This document shows, one piece after another, positions 54,089 to 64,000 of a stretch of DNA of 64,000 nucleotides (its first letter is position 1; every line of letters starts with the position of its first letter). Source of the DNA: a virus (Duplodnaviria; Caudoviricetes); IMG/VR virus record IMGVR_UViG_2854395284_000001, positions 1 to 64,000 of that record; one strand, given 5' to 3'. Below the pieces are notes generated by a model that searched no databases, had not been told where the DNA came from, and saw nothing but the letters and a program-made list of their open reading frames with translations. The position numbers and the translations under genes were made by a program.

Positions 54089-55636
54089 TTATTTTCTGTC
54101 TCTCGTTTTAGCTCCATCGTCACTTATTTCTGAATCAGAAACCTCTGGTCTGCCACCTTCGTCACTTGCGTTGGATACTGTATTTGCTGATACGAGTGGA
54201 ACAAATTTATTCTTTAAATCTAATACATCATTGGCTAAGAAAGTCATCGAAAGGGTATCAAGTTCACTAATCCCATTTAATGCATTTATTAATATCATTT
54301 TAGAACTATCATATTGCAGATCTTTTTGCATGGCTTCTCTAAGAGTATCTTTTGTATAAGAAGACACTTCAAAAAATTTAACCTTCGCCGCATTTTTGAC
54401 TTGGTATGATAGCATTCTATTTACCCATCCTTGAATCTGACCTAAAAGTGCAGAAATTGCTAATTCAGTATCTGCCTTTGTAGCAGCTCGAAATGCTTCA
54501 GCACCAGAAATACTAGAAGAATTAAGTATTTGCGCTCCACCAGAAGTATTCAACACTTCTTTTGTGGCTTTTTGTACCTTCGTCGTGTCTGTTGTTTGAT
54601 CATCAGAAAAAGATATTGTATTAAGTGGCAATGGAGTTATCACAGAACCAATATAAGGTGGAAGGCTATCAACCAATTTATTATAATAATCTACGGCAAA
54701 ATCAATGTTTACAGCCCATTGATCTGGTTCATCAGCACCAGATAATGTCGGTATAGTAGCTGTAATTAATTTATAAATTTGTTGTTCATCCGCAACAGCT
54801 TGTACATCACCAAGATTTAAAAGACCAATTAAATCAATAAATAATCCACTGTAAATTGGAACAATAGTTTCCCATGTCTCAACTCTTGACTTTGTACACA
54901 AAGCATATTCATCAGGCATAGGTTGCCATTTATTTTGATTATTGCCACCGTATTTTTTATACATTGATAATAATGGATCACCAAGGTATTCAAGCACGTC
55001 TTCGAATTTTTTATATTTACTCATATCTACAGAGAAAGAATAATCGCCAGTAAAATATTTACCAGAAATTCTGCAATAATCTGGTGGAATTTTTAAAATA
55101 AACATTCCGGTTTCGTCCAGCCAACAGCATCCATAGAATACATCTTCTATAAAGTTATTAATTAATACCTGTAAGAAGTTCCCTTGTAAAGACATTCTAT
55201 CTAGCCATACCAAAGTGTCATAATAATCTTTTAATATACTTTCCTTGTCGTTGTCACCAGTTGGATCATATGTAGGAACTACGTACCTTGCATTTAGGTC
55301 AAACATAGTTGCATTATACATAATTAATCTAAAATATATCTGACAACGATAAAATAAGTAACGAGATAAACCACGCAATTCATCTTCATAACTGTCTATA
55401 TTTTGAAGATATTTAATTACATTTCCCTTGTTATATGAACTTATAGGAATTTGTCTTGTCGTTTTTGTAACATCACGAACTTGTTTAAATGCATTCTGCG
55501 TTTCTGCAAATCTCTTTTGCTGACGTTCAAGACTTTGCATATACAATTTTCGTTCTGCAGCTGTTGGTTGTTTTTTACGTGTTGGAGATGTTTCTGCCAT
55601 CTCTTTTTTGGATTGTGTCATTTTTGACGAGAACAC
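54089..55636 (-). CDS. Portal protein
   Basis: ~515 aa after terminase; 'LRGLSRYLF', C-terminal 'GGRP'. Confidence 0.8.
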   Translation of the reverse strand: MFSSKMTQSKKEMAETSPTRKKQPTAAERKLYMQSLERQQKRFAETQNAFKQVRDVTKTTRQIPISSYNKGNVIKYLQNIDSYEDELRGLSRYLFYRCQIYFRLIMYNATMFDLNARYVVPTYDPTGDNDKESILKDYYDTLVWLDRMSLQGNFLQVLINNFIEDVFYGCCWLDETGMFILKIPPDYCRISGKYFTGDYSFSVDMSKYKKFEDVLEYLGDPLLSMYKKYGGNNQNKWQPMPDEYALCTKSRVETWETIVPIYSGLFIDLIGLLNLGDVQAVADEQQIYKLITATIPTLSGADEPDQWAVNIDFAVDYYNKLVDSLPPYIGSVITPLPLNTISFSDDQTTDTTKVQKATKEVLNTSGGAQILNSSSISGAEAFRAATKADTELAISALLGQIQGWVNRMLSYQVKNAAKVKFFEVSSYTKDTLREAMQKDLQYDSSKMILINALNGISELDTLSMTFLANDVLDLKNKFVPLVSANTVSNASDEGGRPEVSDSEISDDGAKTRDRK

Positions 55637-55671
55637 CTCCTTTTCTATTTAGTTGTGTTTTGGATTTTTAT

Positions 55672-55823
55672 TTAGATTGTTTTGGAAAACGAAGAGATAC
55701 GTTTTGGTTGATTGATTGAAAGTTTGGAAAGGAGAGATTGGGTGGACTCTTGTGGGCGTTTTCTCTGTGTGATATTTTTTCGACGTTCGCACATAAGAGA
55801 ATATGAAAGCATACATGCTGTAT
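55672..55823 (-). CDS. Terminase large subunit exon 3
   Basis: T|AT junction restores HDDRAYTACML; stop at 55672. Confidence 0.85.
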
Positions 55824-56097
55824 CATTGTGTTACTACCATTTTTGGCGATTAAGGTACTTCCAAGAGTGTCTTTACACTCGACCTTAATTCTCGTATTTC
55901 ATATTTTAGTTATATTACGAGTTCAGACTATCGCATCTTCATATATAAGTATGTAGAATGAAGTTTTCTCACTTAGTCGTTGCAGCTGCTATTACGCTTG
56001 CTGTGGGTTATCCACTTCTGGACTTTCCCAATTAATCAGAGAAAATTTCCCGTTTGTAACTTATCTACTTTTATTACAAAGTACCCTATACGATTTA
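55824..56097 (-). ncRNA. Group I intron 2 of terminase gene (274 nt)
   Basis: P1 GUGCCU/GGGUAC with U.G; P10 GUAU/AUAC; P7 CAACGACUA/GAUAGUCU; terminal G. Confidence 0.9.
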
Positions 56098-57427
56098 AGG
56101 CACGGTCGTCATGTAGCTTATTTGCCTTTTCTGGAGTTAACTCGAAAGAGTCCTTTCCTGAATCTCTTTTTTTCCTAACCATATTCACAAGCTCCTCCTT
56201 TAGCGCGTCCATATTGGCAAGTGCAATTTTATCCTGCCAGTCAAGTTTAATCATTTTTGTGTTAACAGATTGAATTTTCCCAAGCTCATCATTTAAACGA
56301 CTTTCAAATTCTTTTTCATTTAATTTTTGCTTTTTCAATTCTTGCGATATGCTTTTTCGTGCTTCTTCTAATTTCTTTTCATCAACGTCAAAAACAGTTA
56401 AATAATCTTTGCTGTCATATGGTGCAGTAAAACTTATTTTGTCTTGATTCATTAATTCTATCATCGCTTCATACATTTCTGATTTGTATGCAGAAGGAGA
56501 CATGAGGTGTATTTTATTTACTGCATTTGGAAACTTATTGACATATTCTATAGAATATTCTTTATCAATTAATCCTCTGTGTACAATACCTGCAGAATCA
56601 GTCCAGTCTGGCATTAAATAATCGGCAATATTTACACCGCCACCACCAGATCCTGCATCAATATAAATTCCAACAATGTTTCCATATGCGTCTGCACCGC
56701 CGTTATAAGCAAGAATAACTTTTTTCAAATATTCAATTTGATCTGGTGTTTGCATTGGAGATTTTATTTTTTTTCCAACATCAATAAGATTAATACAGTT
56801 GACTAATCGCATACGAATATCTGTGCTTCCGTCTATTTGCTCGAATTCATATATTTCGCCTACAAGAATAACTGAGTTGTCTCTTGATCTAGCTGGATCA
56901 TATGCTATAACAAATTTTTTATCACCAGTATCATTATATAAAAGTGGTTTTCTGACTTCTTCGTTTCTGGAAATAACGCCACGTCGTATGATTGCGTCAC
57001 TACCTGCATCAGTAGTAAATTCACAATAATATTCTCGCCTAGCTTTTTCTGGATTTGTTCTCATATCAGAATCAATTGTTGATTTTTCAAACAGTGGTGC
57101 CATAACTTGCCCATGAATGGTAGGATGTAATGGAATATCACAAGTAATATTTGCTACAAAATAATCCTTATTTCCCATTAACATCTGTTTGGAAAATTCT
57201 CTATATAAGGAATAATATTTTGTGGATGTATCAGAAGCAGAAGATATGTAAAATTTCTGGTTTGGAATTTCTTTTGGAATTGCTCTTAGACGTATTTCAT
57301 CAATTCTATTTCCATCTCGATCTTTTCCTGATTTAAAACTTTTATTTACAATTGCGAATGCAGAATATACAGACATCATTTCATCTGAAAGAAATCCACA
57401 TTCATCAAAAATTACATTTCCGCGCAT
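56098..57427 (-). CDS. Terminase large subunit exon 2
   Basis: Walker B VIFDE, YISSA coupling motif, nuclease AYDPARSRD, IDAGSGG, HDDR. Confidence 0.9.
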
Positions 57428-57716
57428 CAATTGTTATCCTATAAGCTTTTTATCTTATAGATCTTATAGTTATTGTTTCTATAAGTTCGGCATATCTTTT
57501 TATCTCAAAAATGAGATATCGAGAACTCGTGGAAAGATTATATTCTATTTCTAGGTTCACTTTCTATGCTCTGCCTGTGACTATATTTTTAAATATAGCC
57601 TTCCAGTCTGATTAGCCTTTCAGCTTTCCAGTTTTCTTTCTCGATTAAAAACCATACAAATTATATGGATCTACTTATCACTAAGTAGCGAGGCAAGTGC
57701 GGAAATATCTTGATTT
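57428..57716 (-). ncRNA. Group I intron 1 of terminase gene (289 nt)
   Basis: P1 GAGGU/GCCUC; AUUUCCGC pairs exon-2 GCGGAAAU; P7 G(A)GCAUA/UAUGCC; junction gives KKRG|MRGNVIFDE. Confidence 0.9.
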
Positions 57717-58298
57717 ACCTCTTTTTTTGTCTATATTTGAATTTAATGTTTGAGTAAAACTTCCGTTATAAGTTGAATATGAAAATCCGTTGCTACCATG
57801 GGAAAATCCATCTCCAGCAGCATTTTTTATTTCAATTTCTGCCTTGAAAATGTAACCAGTTGAACCCATCATTGTATCAATGTTGTCATTAGCCAGCCGT
57901 TCCAATGTTGTAAAAGTTTGTTCAGCCTGACTACCAGAGCCACTGGCAATATATGTCCAATAGTTATTAAACAACATGTCCTTTGCCATGATAATAATGT
58001 CGATAAGCGTAGATTTTCCGAATCCTCGACTACAGACAAGCAATACATTCGGACATGTCCAACTTTGCTGAACAATCCAAGCTTGGGCATCAAGAAGTTC
58101 TATATTGAACATAATATTTATAAAGGAAACGGGATTGCATTGAAAATATTTTTGTAGATACGCAATTTTAATTAAAGATTCAATTTTTCTAGAAGACATT
58201 GCATATACTCCAGGTTTTACATATATAACGTCCTCTTGAACACACTGATCTTTATATTGAATTAGATCAATAGTATTATCTATTTCTTTAAATTTCAT
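57717..58298 (-). CDS. Terminase large subunit exon 1
   Basis: LLDAQ adenine-binding motif, Walker A SRGFGKS. Start at MKFKE assumed (alternative 58328). Confidence 0.9.
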
Positions 58299-59592
58299 TT
58301 GTATTTTCCTGCTTTTCGTCATTTTCATCTGGCGAACCGGATTCTTGTTCAGAAAAACAAGAAAATAATTCGTTTAAATTTACCAGATTCATGTTTAAAG
58401 AAATATCATTGTCCTTTAGATAATCCTTAATATCCAAATTTTCTCTAAGTAAGATACGAGATATTTCAATATACTTATCCAGATCTCTTTGCAAATCTAC
58501 AATTTTTTGTCGTTGCTCTGCAACCATATCAGACCATTCTGATTCATCTAAATTTAAAGTTTTCATGATGGAAGCGTTACTAAGATCCATAACTTGCTTC
58601 ATGGCCTTGCATGTCTCCATATCAAATCCGTTAACTTCGCCTTCTCGAAGATTAAGTTCTTTTATTTTTTTGATTTTACCAGTCCATGTGTTTTCACCCT
58701 TTTTTGCGTTTTTATTATGCTTTAATGAAATACAACTATCCTGGGCCAAACTTGTTATAACAGAAGTTATTTTTCCTTTACTTTCTTGCAGAGATTTTAT
58801 TGTCGCAGAATTGCGCTCGATTTGCGAAATATCAGACATTAATTTTGCTACAGTATCATCGATCTTTGACTGCTGTAAAAAACCACGTACAATAGAAATG
58901 GCAGAAGAAGTTCTCATCATATCTTCATTTGCATCTTCACTTGAATCAAGAATTCCCAATAATTGAGAATATAAAAATGGCTGATCTGCAACATCTTCCT
59001 TTTCAAATGGATCATAACTTAACAATCGAATTACATCATTTTTGTTTTTTAAAAAGCTGTCATATGTATCCAAACCAGCATGAGTTTCAATTAACTGTTC
59101 TTCAGTTATTTTCTCTTTTGAAGAATCGACTGAAACAGTAGATTTAAATATATCCGAATCTTTGAAAGTATCACCATTATATTGACCCATAGCAACGTTT
59201 TTTACATATGATAAGTATCCATTAGAACGAACCTTACCTGACGCAAGATTATCAGATTCTTGAACACTGGCATCCCATAACTTTGTATAAAAAGGTTTAT
59301 TAAGATATCGCATAGCTTCAATTACTGAAGTTTTATCCGGTTCATGTTCGACTTTATCCTTACCGATTTTAAGAGCAATCTTGCGAGCACAATCCTTACA
59401 AATAGGTGTAAGACCACTTTTATTTAGTGGATCTGTACTAACATAAAATTTATCTCGTGCTTTATGTGTGTCACACATATAACACCAAGCACCATCTTTT
59501 AAAATTTGTACCTTATCTTCAAGTGTTTCTATTTTCTTTCTCATTTGTGCAACCGTTAATTTCGTTTCAGTTGCTTTACTTTTTATAGCCAA
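58288..59592 (-). CDS. Zinc-finger protein upstream of terminase, possible small terminase
   Basis: CYMC..CKDC; overlaps the terL start. Confidence 0.6.
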   Translation of the reverse strand: MAIKSKATETKLTVAQMRKKIETLEDKVQILKDGAWCYMCDTHKARDKFYVSTDPLNKSGLTPICKDCARKIALKIGKDKVEHEPDKTSVIEAMRYLNKPFYTKLWDASVQESDNLASGKVRSNGYLSYVKNVAMGQYNGDTFKDSDIFKSTVSVDSSKEKITEEQLIETHAGLDTYDSFLKNKNDVIRLLSYDPFEKEDVADQPFLYSQLLGILDSSEDANEDMMRTSSAISIVRGFLQQSKIDDTVAKLMSDISQIERNSATIKSLQESKGKITSVITSLAQDSCISLKHNKNAKKGENTWTGKIKKIKELNLREGEVNGFDMETCKAMKQVMDLSNASIMKTLNLDESEWSDMVAEQRQKIVDLQRDLDKYIEISRILLRENLDIKDYLKDNDISLNMNLVNLNELFSCFSEQESGSPDENDEKQENTNEI

Positions 59593-59632
59593 TCAACAGT
59601 CACCTCCCTTTTCGTTCCAATATAAAAGAGTA

Positions 59633-60640
59633 TCAGGCATTAATTGCTAGATACTCTTTTTCAAATAACCATATATAATTCTCATATTTTTCAGTTTCGT
59701 GTTTACAACATTTTGAAACTAAATACTTGCTAAAACCATTTCTTTCTACTTCTCTAAGTGATTTAAATATTTTTATCAAATTATTATTATCATCAAGTTG
59801 GTATATTTTTGATACTTTGACTAAATTTGCCTTTCGCTTTGCTTCATCACAGTATACTTTATTGATTATTCTTGTAGTATCATCTACAAACTTCCAAATA
59901 TAACCATAAGCAGACATGCTATTATGGTGACAACAACTATTAATTCTACTAGGACTAAAATTATTTTCTTTTACTTGGCAACCATGTTCCCATATTTTTA
60001 TTAAATTACCATCCATATCATATTGTTCAATAGGCTTCTTTTGTTTTCTGCTTAAATAATAATCTAAATCGAATGTATTATAATCTTTTTTGTATATCCA
60101 AATATATCCATTTGAAGTTTTACTAAGTCCCATATTGCAACATGAATAAATACCTCTGCTATCATAACCATTTTGTTTTGATGCTTGAGCAACGCTCCAA
60201 TATTCATTAACAATATTTCCATCAAAATCAAGTTGTAATACAGGTTCTGGATTCCTAATACTGCTAAAATATTTCTTATCTTTTTCAGACCAATTAGGTA
60301 CACTAAAATTCTTTTGACCGCCTGATGTCATATTATAGCCATTTTTATGTGAATCATAATATGTAATCCAATAAACCTCTCTTTTGTCTAATTGATTTTC
60401 TAAGCATTTTTCTAATAGTTCAAAATCAAAACATCCTTTACCGTATTTTTCCCATGCAGAAACAAGTCCAGTATTTTCAGATTTGTTTTGACTAATACAG
60501 CATTCTAAATGTTCTCTAAGCCGTTTCCTAACATCTTTTGATTGACCAATATAAATATTCCCACTATAAATATTTTCTATTTTATAAATACCAGAAATAT
60601 TCCAATCAAGAGTTCTTAAATTTTCTAAATTTAATTTCAT
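59633..60640 (-). CDS. Free-standing GIY-YIG homing endonuclease with NUMOD1-like repeats
   Basis: SGIYKIEN..YIGQS..R..H..RE.YWI..GYN; three repeats. Confidence 0.9.
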   Translation of the reverse strand: MKLNLENLRTLDWNISGIYKIENIYSGNIYIGQSKDVRKRLREHLECCISQNKSENTGLVSAWEKYGKGCFDFELLEKCLENQLDKREVYWITYYDSHKNGYNMTSGGQKNFSVPNWSEKDKKYFSSIRNPEPVLQLDFDGNIVNEYWSVAQASKQNGYDSRGIYSCCNMGLSKTSNGYIWIYKKDYNTFDLDYYLSRKQKKPIEQYDMDGNLIKIWEHGCQVKENNFSPSRINSCCHHNSMSAYGYIWKFVDDTTRIINKVYCDEAKRKANLVKVSKIYQLDDNNNLIKIFKSLREVERNGFSKYLVSKCCKHETEKYENYIWLFEKEYLAINA

Positions 60641-60873
60641 AACATTTTCACTCGCTTTCCACTCGCAATTATCATTAGTAAAAGAGTAGGAGAGTAGTGC
60701 GAGTGTCTACTATGCCAAAGCTCATGACTTCTCTGGTTTCCTACTCCAAAAAATTAATCACGCTCCACTGACAGAGCAATAAGCACCAAACTGCTTATGA
60801 TTACTTATTCTCCAATAAATTTAAAGAGAATAAAAATATAAAACATGAAACAAAATAAAGAAAGGTGATTTAA

Positions 60874-61398
60874 ATGTGTAAAACTATAACAACACCAGAT
60901 GGAAAAGTATTGGAACCAGTAACTCTATCTGAAGATCTCCAAAAACTACAGGAATTTTCTGAAAAACTAATATCAGATGCAAGCTATCAGCAAATGCTGA
61001 ACAATAATGCCAGCATGAATATATTTGATTACATGCCAAAATTCCCATCTCCAGAAGAACGATTGAAATTTCTTACTGATAAAATGGATTCCATGCAGTC
61101 AGAGCTTGAAAATCAAACAGAAGCCATGAGAAAAATTCAGTACGAAAATATAAAATTGAATGCACAAATTGAGATACAGAACAAAACGTTAGATTCTAAT
61201 TTAGAAGAATTGAATGAACTAAGAACCGTGAATGCAGAATTGAAAGCAGTAAATCAAAACCTCATAAACAATAACAAACACTATTGGCGAAATACTTTAT
61301 TAATTTCTGTTGGTGTTGCAATATTGTCCTATATATTAGGATTATATTCTACAGAGGTAAAAGCATTGTTACTATTAATTCTACGAATAATGCCATGA
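60874..61398 (+). CDS. Coiled-coil protein with C-terminal TM helix (antisense moron)
   Basis: AAAGGTG RBS; heptad region then a hydrophobic helix. Confidence 0.7.
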   Translation: MCKTITTPDGKVLEPVTLSEDLQKLQEFSEKLISDASYQQMLNNNASMNIFDYMPKFPSPEERLKFLTDKMDSMQSELENQTEAMRKIQYENIKLNAQIEIQNKTLDSNLEELNELRTVNAELKAVNQNLINNNKHYWRNTLLISVGVAILSYILGLYSTEVKALLLLILRIMP

Positions 61399-61479
61399 TT
61401 CCACCAAACAACGCAGGATTAATCCTGTAAATTCCAGTCATACCTTTCATATGTATGTCTCCTTTTATAAAAAAAATAA

Positions 61480-61562
61480 TACCGGCAGCGAGACTCGAAC
61501 TCGCACTGCTCATAACAATCTGGGCTTAAACCAGATGTGTCTACCAATTCCACCATACCGGC
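61480..61562 (-). tRNA. tRNA-Leu(TAA)
   Basis: Cloverleaf with long variable arm, anticodon loop TTTAAGC, GTTCGAG T-loop; no encoded CCA. Confidence 0.85.
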
Positions 61563-61597
61563 ATACGGAGGCACTGCCTCCATTCGCTAATTATATA

Positions 61598-61687
61598 CGG
61601 AGCCTGTAGGATTCGAACCCACGCGCCGTTGTTAGCGGCCTGTCAGTTTTCAGGACTGATCTCTTCATCCAACTTGAGTAAAGCTCC
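61598..61687 (-). tRNA. tRNA-Ser(TGA)
   Basis: Long variable arm, G discriminator, anticodon loop CCTGAAA. Confidence 0.85.
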
Positions 61688-61697
61688 AAAATAAAAA

Positions 61698-61781
61698 TGA
61701 GCAGAGTAGGAGTCGAACCTACGGTGTTTCTAATGTGACGGATTTACAGTCCGTTGCTATCGCCACTAAGCACATCTGCCC
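61698..61781 (-). tRNA. tRNA-Tyr(GTA)
   Basis: Anticodon loop CTGTAAA, GTTCGAC T-loop. Confidence 0.9.
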
Positions 61782-61860
61782 ATACAAAAATAGGAGAGTG
61801 AACCCAGTATCTCGATTCACTCTCCATAATAAAAATCACATTAAATTATTTCACAAAAAA

Positions 61861-62838
61861 TTATAAATTATCTACGACGTTATTCCAATACTGTAAACGA
61901 GCTTTAACGCCAGCAGAAGCAGTAGTTCCAGACTGTACGAGCTGTTTATATGCTTCGTTAGAATCATAATTCTCAACAAACTCATTTACCGCAGCTTCGA
62001 ATTTTCTAAAATCTTTTCCGTCTTTAATACATTTATAACCGCCATACAGGATCATTGGGATAGAAGTAGATTTTACCTTGATTACTTCATCGCCTGTATT
62101 GAAAGCATCTAATACATCTGTTAATATACTGATATCAGTAGCATTGATATTTTCATCATACCAAACAACAAAACTGTCAATATCTTTCGCTCTAAATGAT
62201 GTAAAATCATTTTCTTCATTTGTATTAATCAGCATAAGGGTTTCGCGGATCAGATCACGCTGAACATCTTTCTTATATTGTGCATCAGTAAGGACTTTCT
62301 CAAAGAACTCATGATCTGCAAAATTAAAGATAACGTCACTTACTTTTTCACTCTCGATTGCTGTACGTTTTTGAGTATTGTTTAATGGTTTACCATTATT
62401 CTGACGAGTAAACATTTCTCGAATATCTTCTCCAGTACAATCAGTAAACACATAGATTGTCATCTCATAATCATTCAGCTTATCTTGTACGGCTTCATCG
62501 AGCTGTGCATATTTTTTACCAGCAATTTCATATACCTCGCCATCAACTGTAACTGGTTTTAAATTTTTAGCCAATCTAAAACCATCTTTTTTAAAAAAGT
62601 CTCTTACTGTGGTAGCTCGCTGAACGCCATCAAAAATTCTTCTTACATCATCAGATCCGACTTCGCATCTAATTGGATCGATTGGATACGGACGAAGCAT
62701 AGAGTCAATCAGTAAACTTTTCTGACGATTACCCCACTGATTTTCTTGACGTTGAAACTTGTGTTTCATACTGTATTTTCCTTTTGCAATATCTTTAGTA
62801 AAATTCTTTGCGCTCTGTCTTTTTACTACATAGTCCAT
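61861..62838 (-). CDS. DUF262 (ParB/GmrSD-like) domain protein
   Basis: FQR..W..KSLLIDSM..IFDGVQR..MFTRQNNGKPL. Confidence 0.8.
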   Translation of the reverse strand: MDYVVKRQSAKNFTKDIAKGKYSMKHKFQRQENQWGNRQKSLLIDSMLRPYPIDPIRCEVGSDDVRRIFDGVQRATTVRDFFKKDGFRLAKNLKPVTVDGEVYEIAGKKYAQLDEAVQDKLNDYEMTIYVFTDCTGEDIREMFTRQNNGKPLNNTQKRTAIESEKVSDVIFNFADHEFFEKVLTDAQYKKDVQRDLIRETLMLINTNEENDFTSFRAKDIDSFVVWYDENINATDISILTDVLDAFNTGDEVIKVKSTSIPMILYGGYKCIKDGKDFRKFEAAVNEFVENYDSNEAYKQLVQSGTTASAGVKARLQYWNNVVDNL

Positions 62839-63216
62839 ACAAAACTACCTCCTGTATTTGATAATTTCACATTATCACAATAGGAAAATTTTGTAAAGGT
62901 ATAGCACGTCCTTTTATAAATATTTTTGCGATTTTTTGTATTTTTTGACGTCGCACATTTTCTCAGGTTTGTGCCAATACCGATTCCTAGACGTCGGTCG
63001 GAGATTGCAGTTTACGTGTTGCTACACGATCTATCTATAGATTGTCCACATGTTATGGTTGACAGATTTTCTTGTTGACATATAATCTATATGTAGGAAT
63101 TCACCCAGGCGTTCATTTACGGCTGGATGCAATGCTAAGGATTTTTTCAGAGTCGCATCGAAGCAGCGATGCTTCGTTATATAGATACCCTTGCTACGAA
63201 AGGAGGGTGATGCGAT

Positions 63217-63348
63217 ATAGATACGTTTCTAAGATTCTTCAAAGATACATACACAATTGTGAATGATAGTAATTTACTATCTACAATTGTTGCCGGGACA
63301 GTTCTAATGTTTTTACAGAATATTGTCCAAACGAAAAAAGACCGCTAA
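63217..63348 (+). CDS. Putative type I toxin peptide (43 aa, AUA start)
   Basis: AAAGGAGG RBS; hydrophobic LLSTIVAGTVLMFL then basic tail TKKDR; inside a self-paired transcript. Confidence 0.5.
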   Translation: MDTFLRFFKDTYTIVNDSNLLSTIVAGTVLMFLQNIVQTKKDR

Positions 63349-63679
63349 TTAAGCGATCCTTTTCCTGACTATCAATCAGCCGATACCCCTTCGGCTCTGA
63401 GAAATCCACTTGGGTGAATATCCCATTCTATATTCAATTTATTGAAAGCCACTTGATTAGCAAGTGGTTATTTTATTTATTTAAATAATTATGTAGACTA
63501 CTAGATCACTCTACATTGTTCTACTTCTACTTACTTTGTCTTACTTACAAATGTAATATACCCTAATTTTTGAGGAATGTCAAGTCAAGTCTTGACAAAT
63601 GACAAATTTGTAGTAGAATAAAACAGCTTCCGCATAAGTCAATATATGATCTATATTGTATTATTCTCCGGATGGAATG

Positions 63680-64000
63680 TTAAATTCCAAACATAGAATT
63701 AATTGTATCTTCTGAATGATCCTTTAAATATCCCTGTGTCGTACTTGGATCAGAGTGATGTGCAAATACTTGTACTTGTTCCAAAGGAAACTTTTTAGGA
63801 TTTCCATTTTTATCAAGAAGACGTAAATCGGTTCCCTGAGATAAACATTCAAGTCTGCTATGTCGCATTGTATGTGTAAAAATATTACATGGTTCTCCAC
63901 GTACTTCTGATAATATTTTTGAAATACTTACAATTCTATCATATAAAACATTCGAATCAGATAATGGCTGTTTATTATCTCCGCAACCCTTAATCCAAAG
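63680..64000 (-). CDS. Tyrosine recombinase, C-terminal part (start outside window)
   Basis: Frame open to window edge; HTMRH..AHHSD.STT.GY catalytic motifs. Confidence 0.85.
   Translation of the reverse strand, partial: LWIKGCGDNKQPLSDSNVLYDRIVSISKILSEVRGEPCNIFTHTMRHSRLECLSQGTDLRLLDKNGNPKKFPLEQVQVFAHHSDPSTTQGYLKDHSEDTINSMFGI

Larger units (their letters stand above)
5212..64000 (-). mobile_element. Large siphovirus-type phage/prophage morphogenesis and lysis region; continues beyond window
   Basis: Co-oriented terminase-portal-protease-capsid-tail-tape measure-Dit-fibre-lysin gene order. Confidence 0.95.

Noticed and set aside
20343-58298. Split terminase and tape-measure ORFs as pseudogenes or stop-codon recoding
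   Set aside because: Every break coincides with a group I core and rejoins in frame; other genes are intact in the standard code.

Overview
AT-rich Firmicutes-type (probably Clostridia/Lachnospiraceae) DNA. From ~5.2 kb to the window end it is the minus-strand late region of a large long-tailed phage or prophage with SPbeta-like head gene order: tyrosine recombinase (partial), DUF262-like gene, 3 tRNAs, terminase, portal, prohead protease/scaffold, major capsid, head-tail joining genes, tail tube, cysteine desulfurase, holins, tape measure, Dit, tail spike, collagen-repeat tail fibre and endolysin. A Tn7-like tnsA-tnsB-tnsC-tniQ module sits convergently at 284-5031. Main result: the fragmented ORFs can be joined in frame by six predicted group I introns, two in the large terminase gene and four in the tape-measure gene (spliced product 3511 aa). 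None shows a recognisable homing endonuclease. Two instead carry cargo. A 5,703-nt intron (29088-34790) loops out a ~5.2-kb cassette of six antisense genes (Zn-ribbon, lipoprotein, membrane and HEXXH proteins). A 1,389-nt intron (21829-23217) carries a type III (TenpIN-like) toxin-antitoxin module in its P8 loop. All splice sites, RNA pairings and protein family calls were made by eye; none was computed or database-checked.
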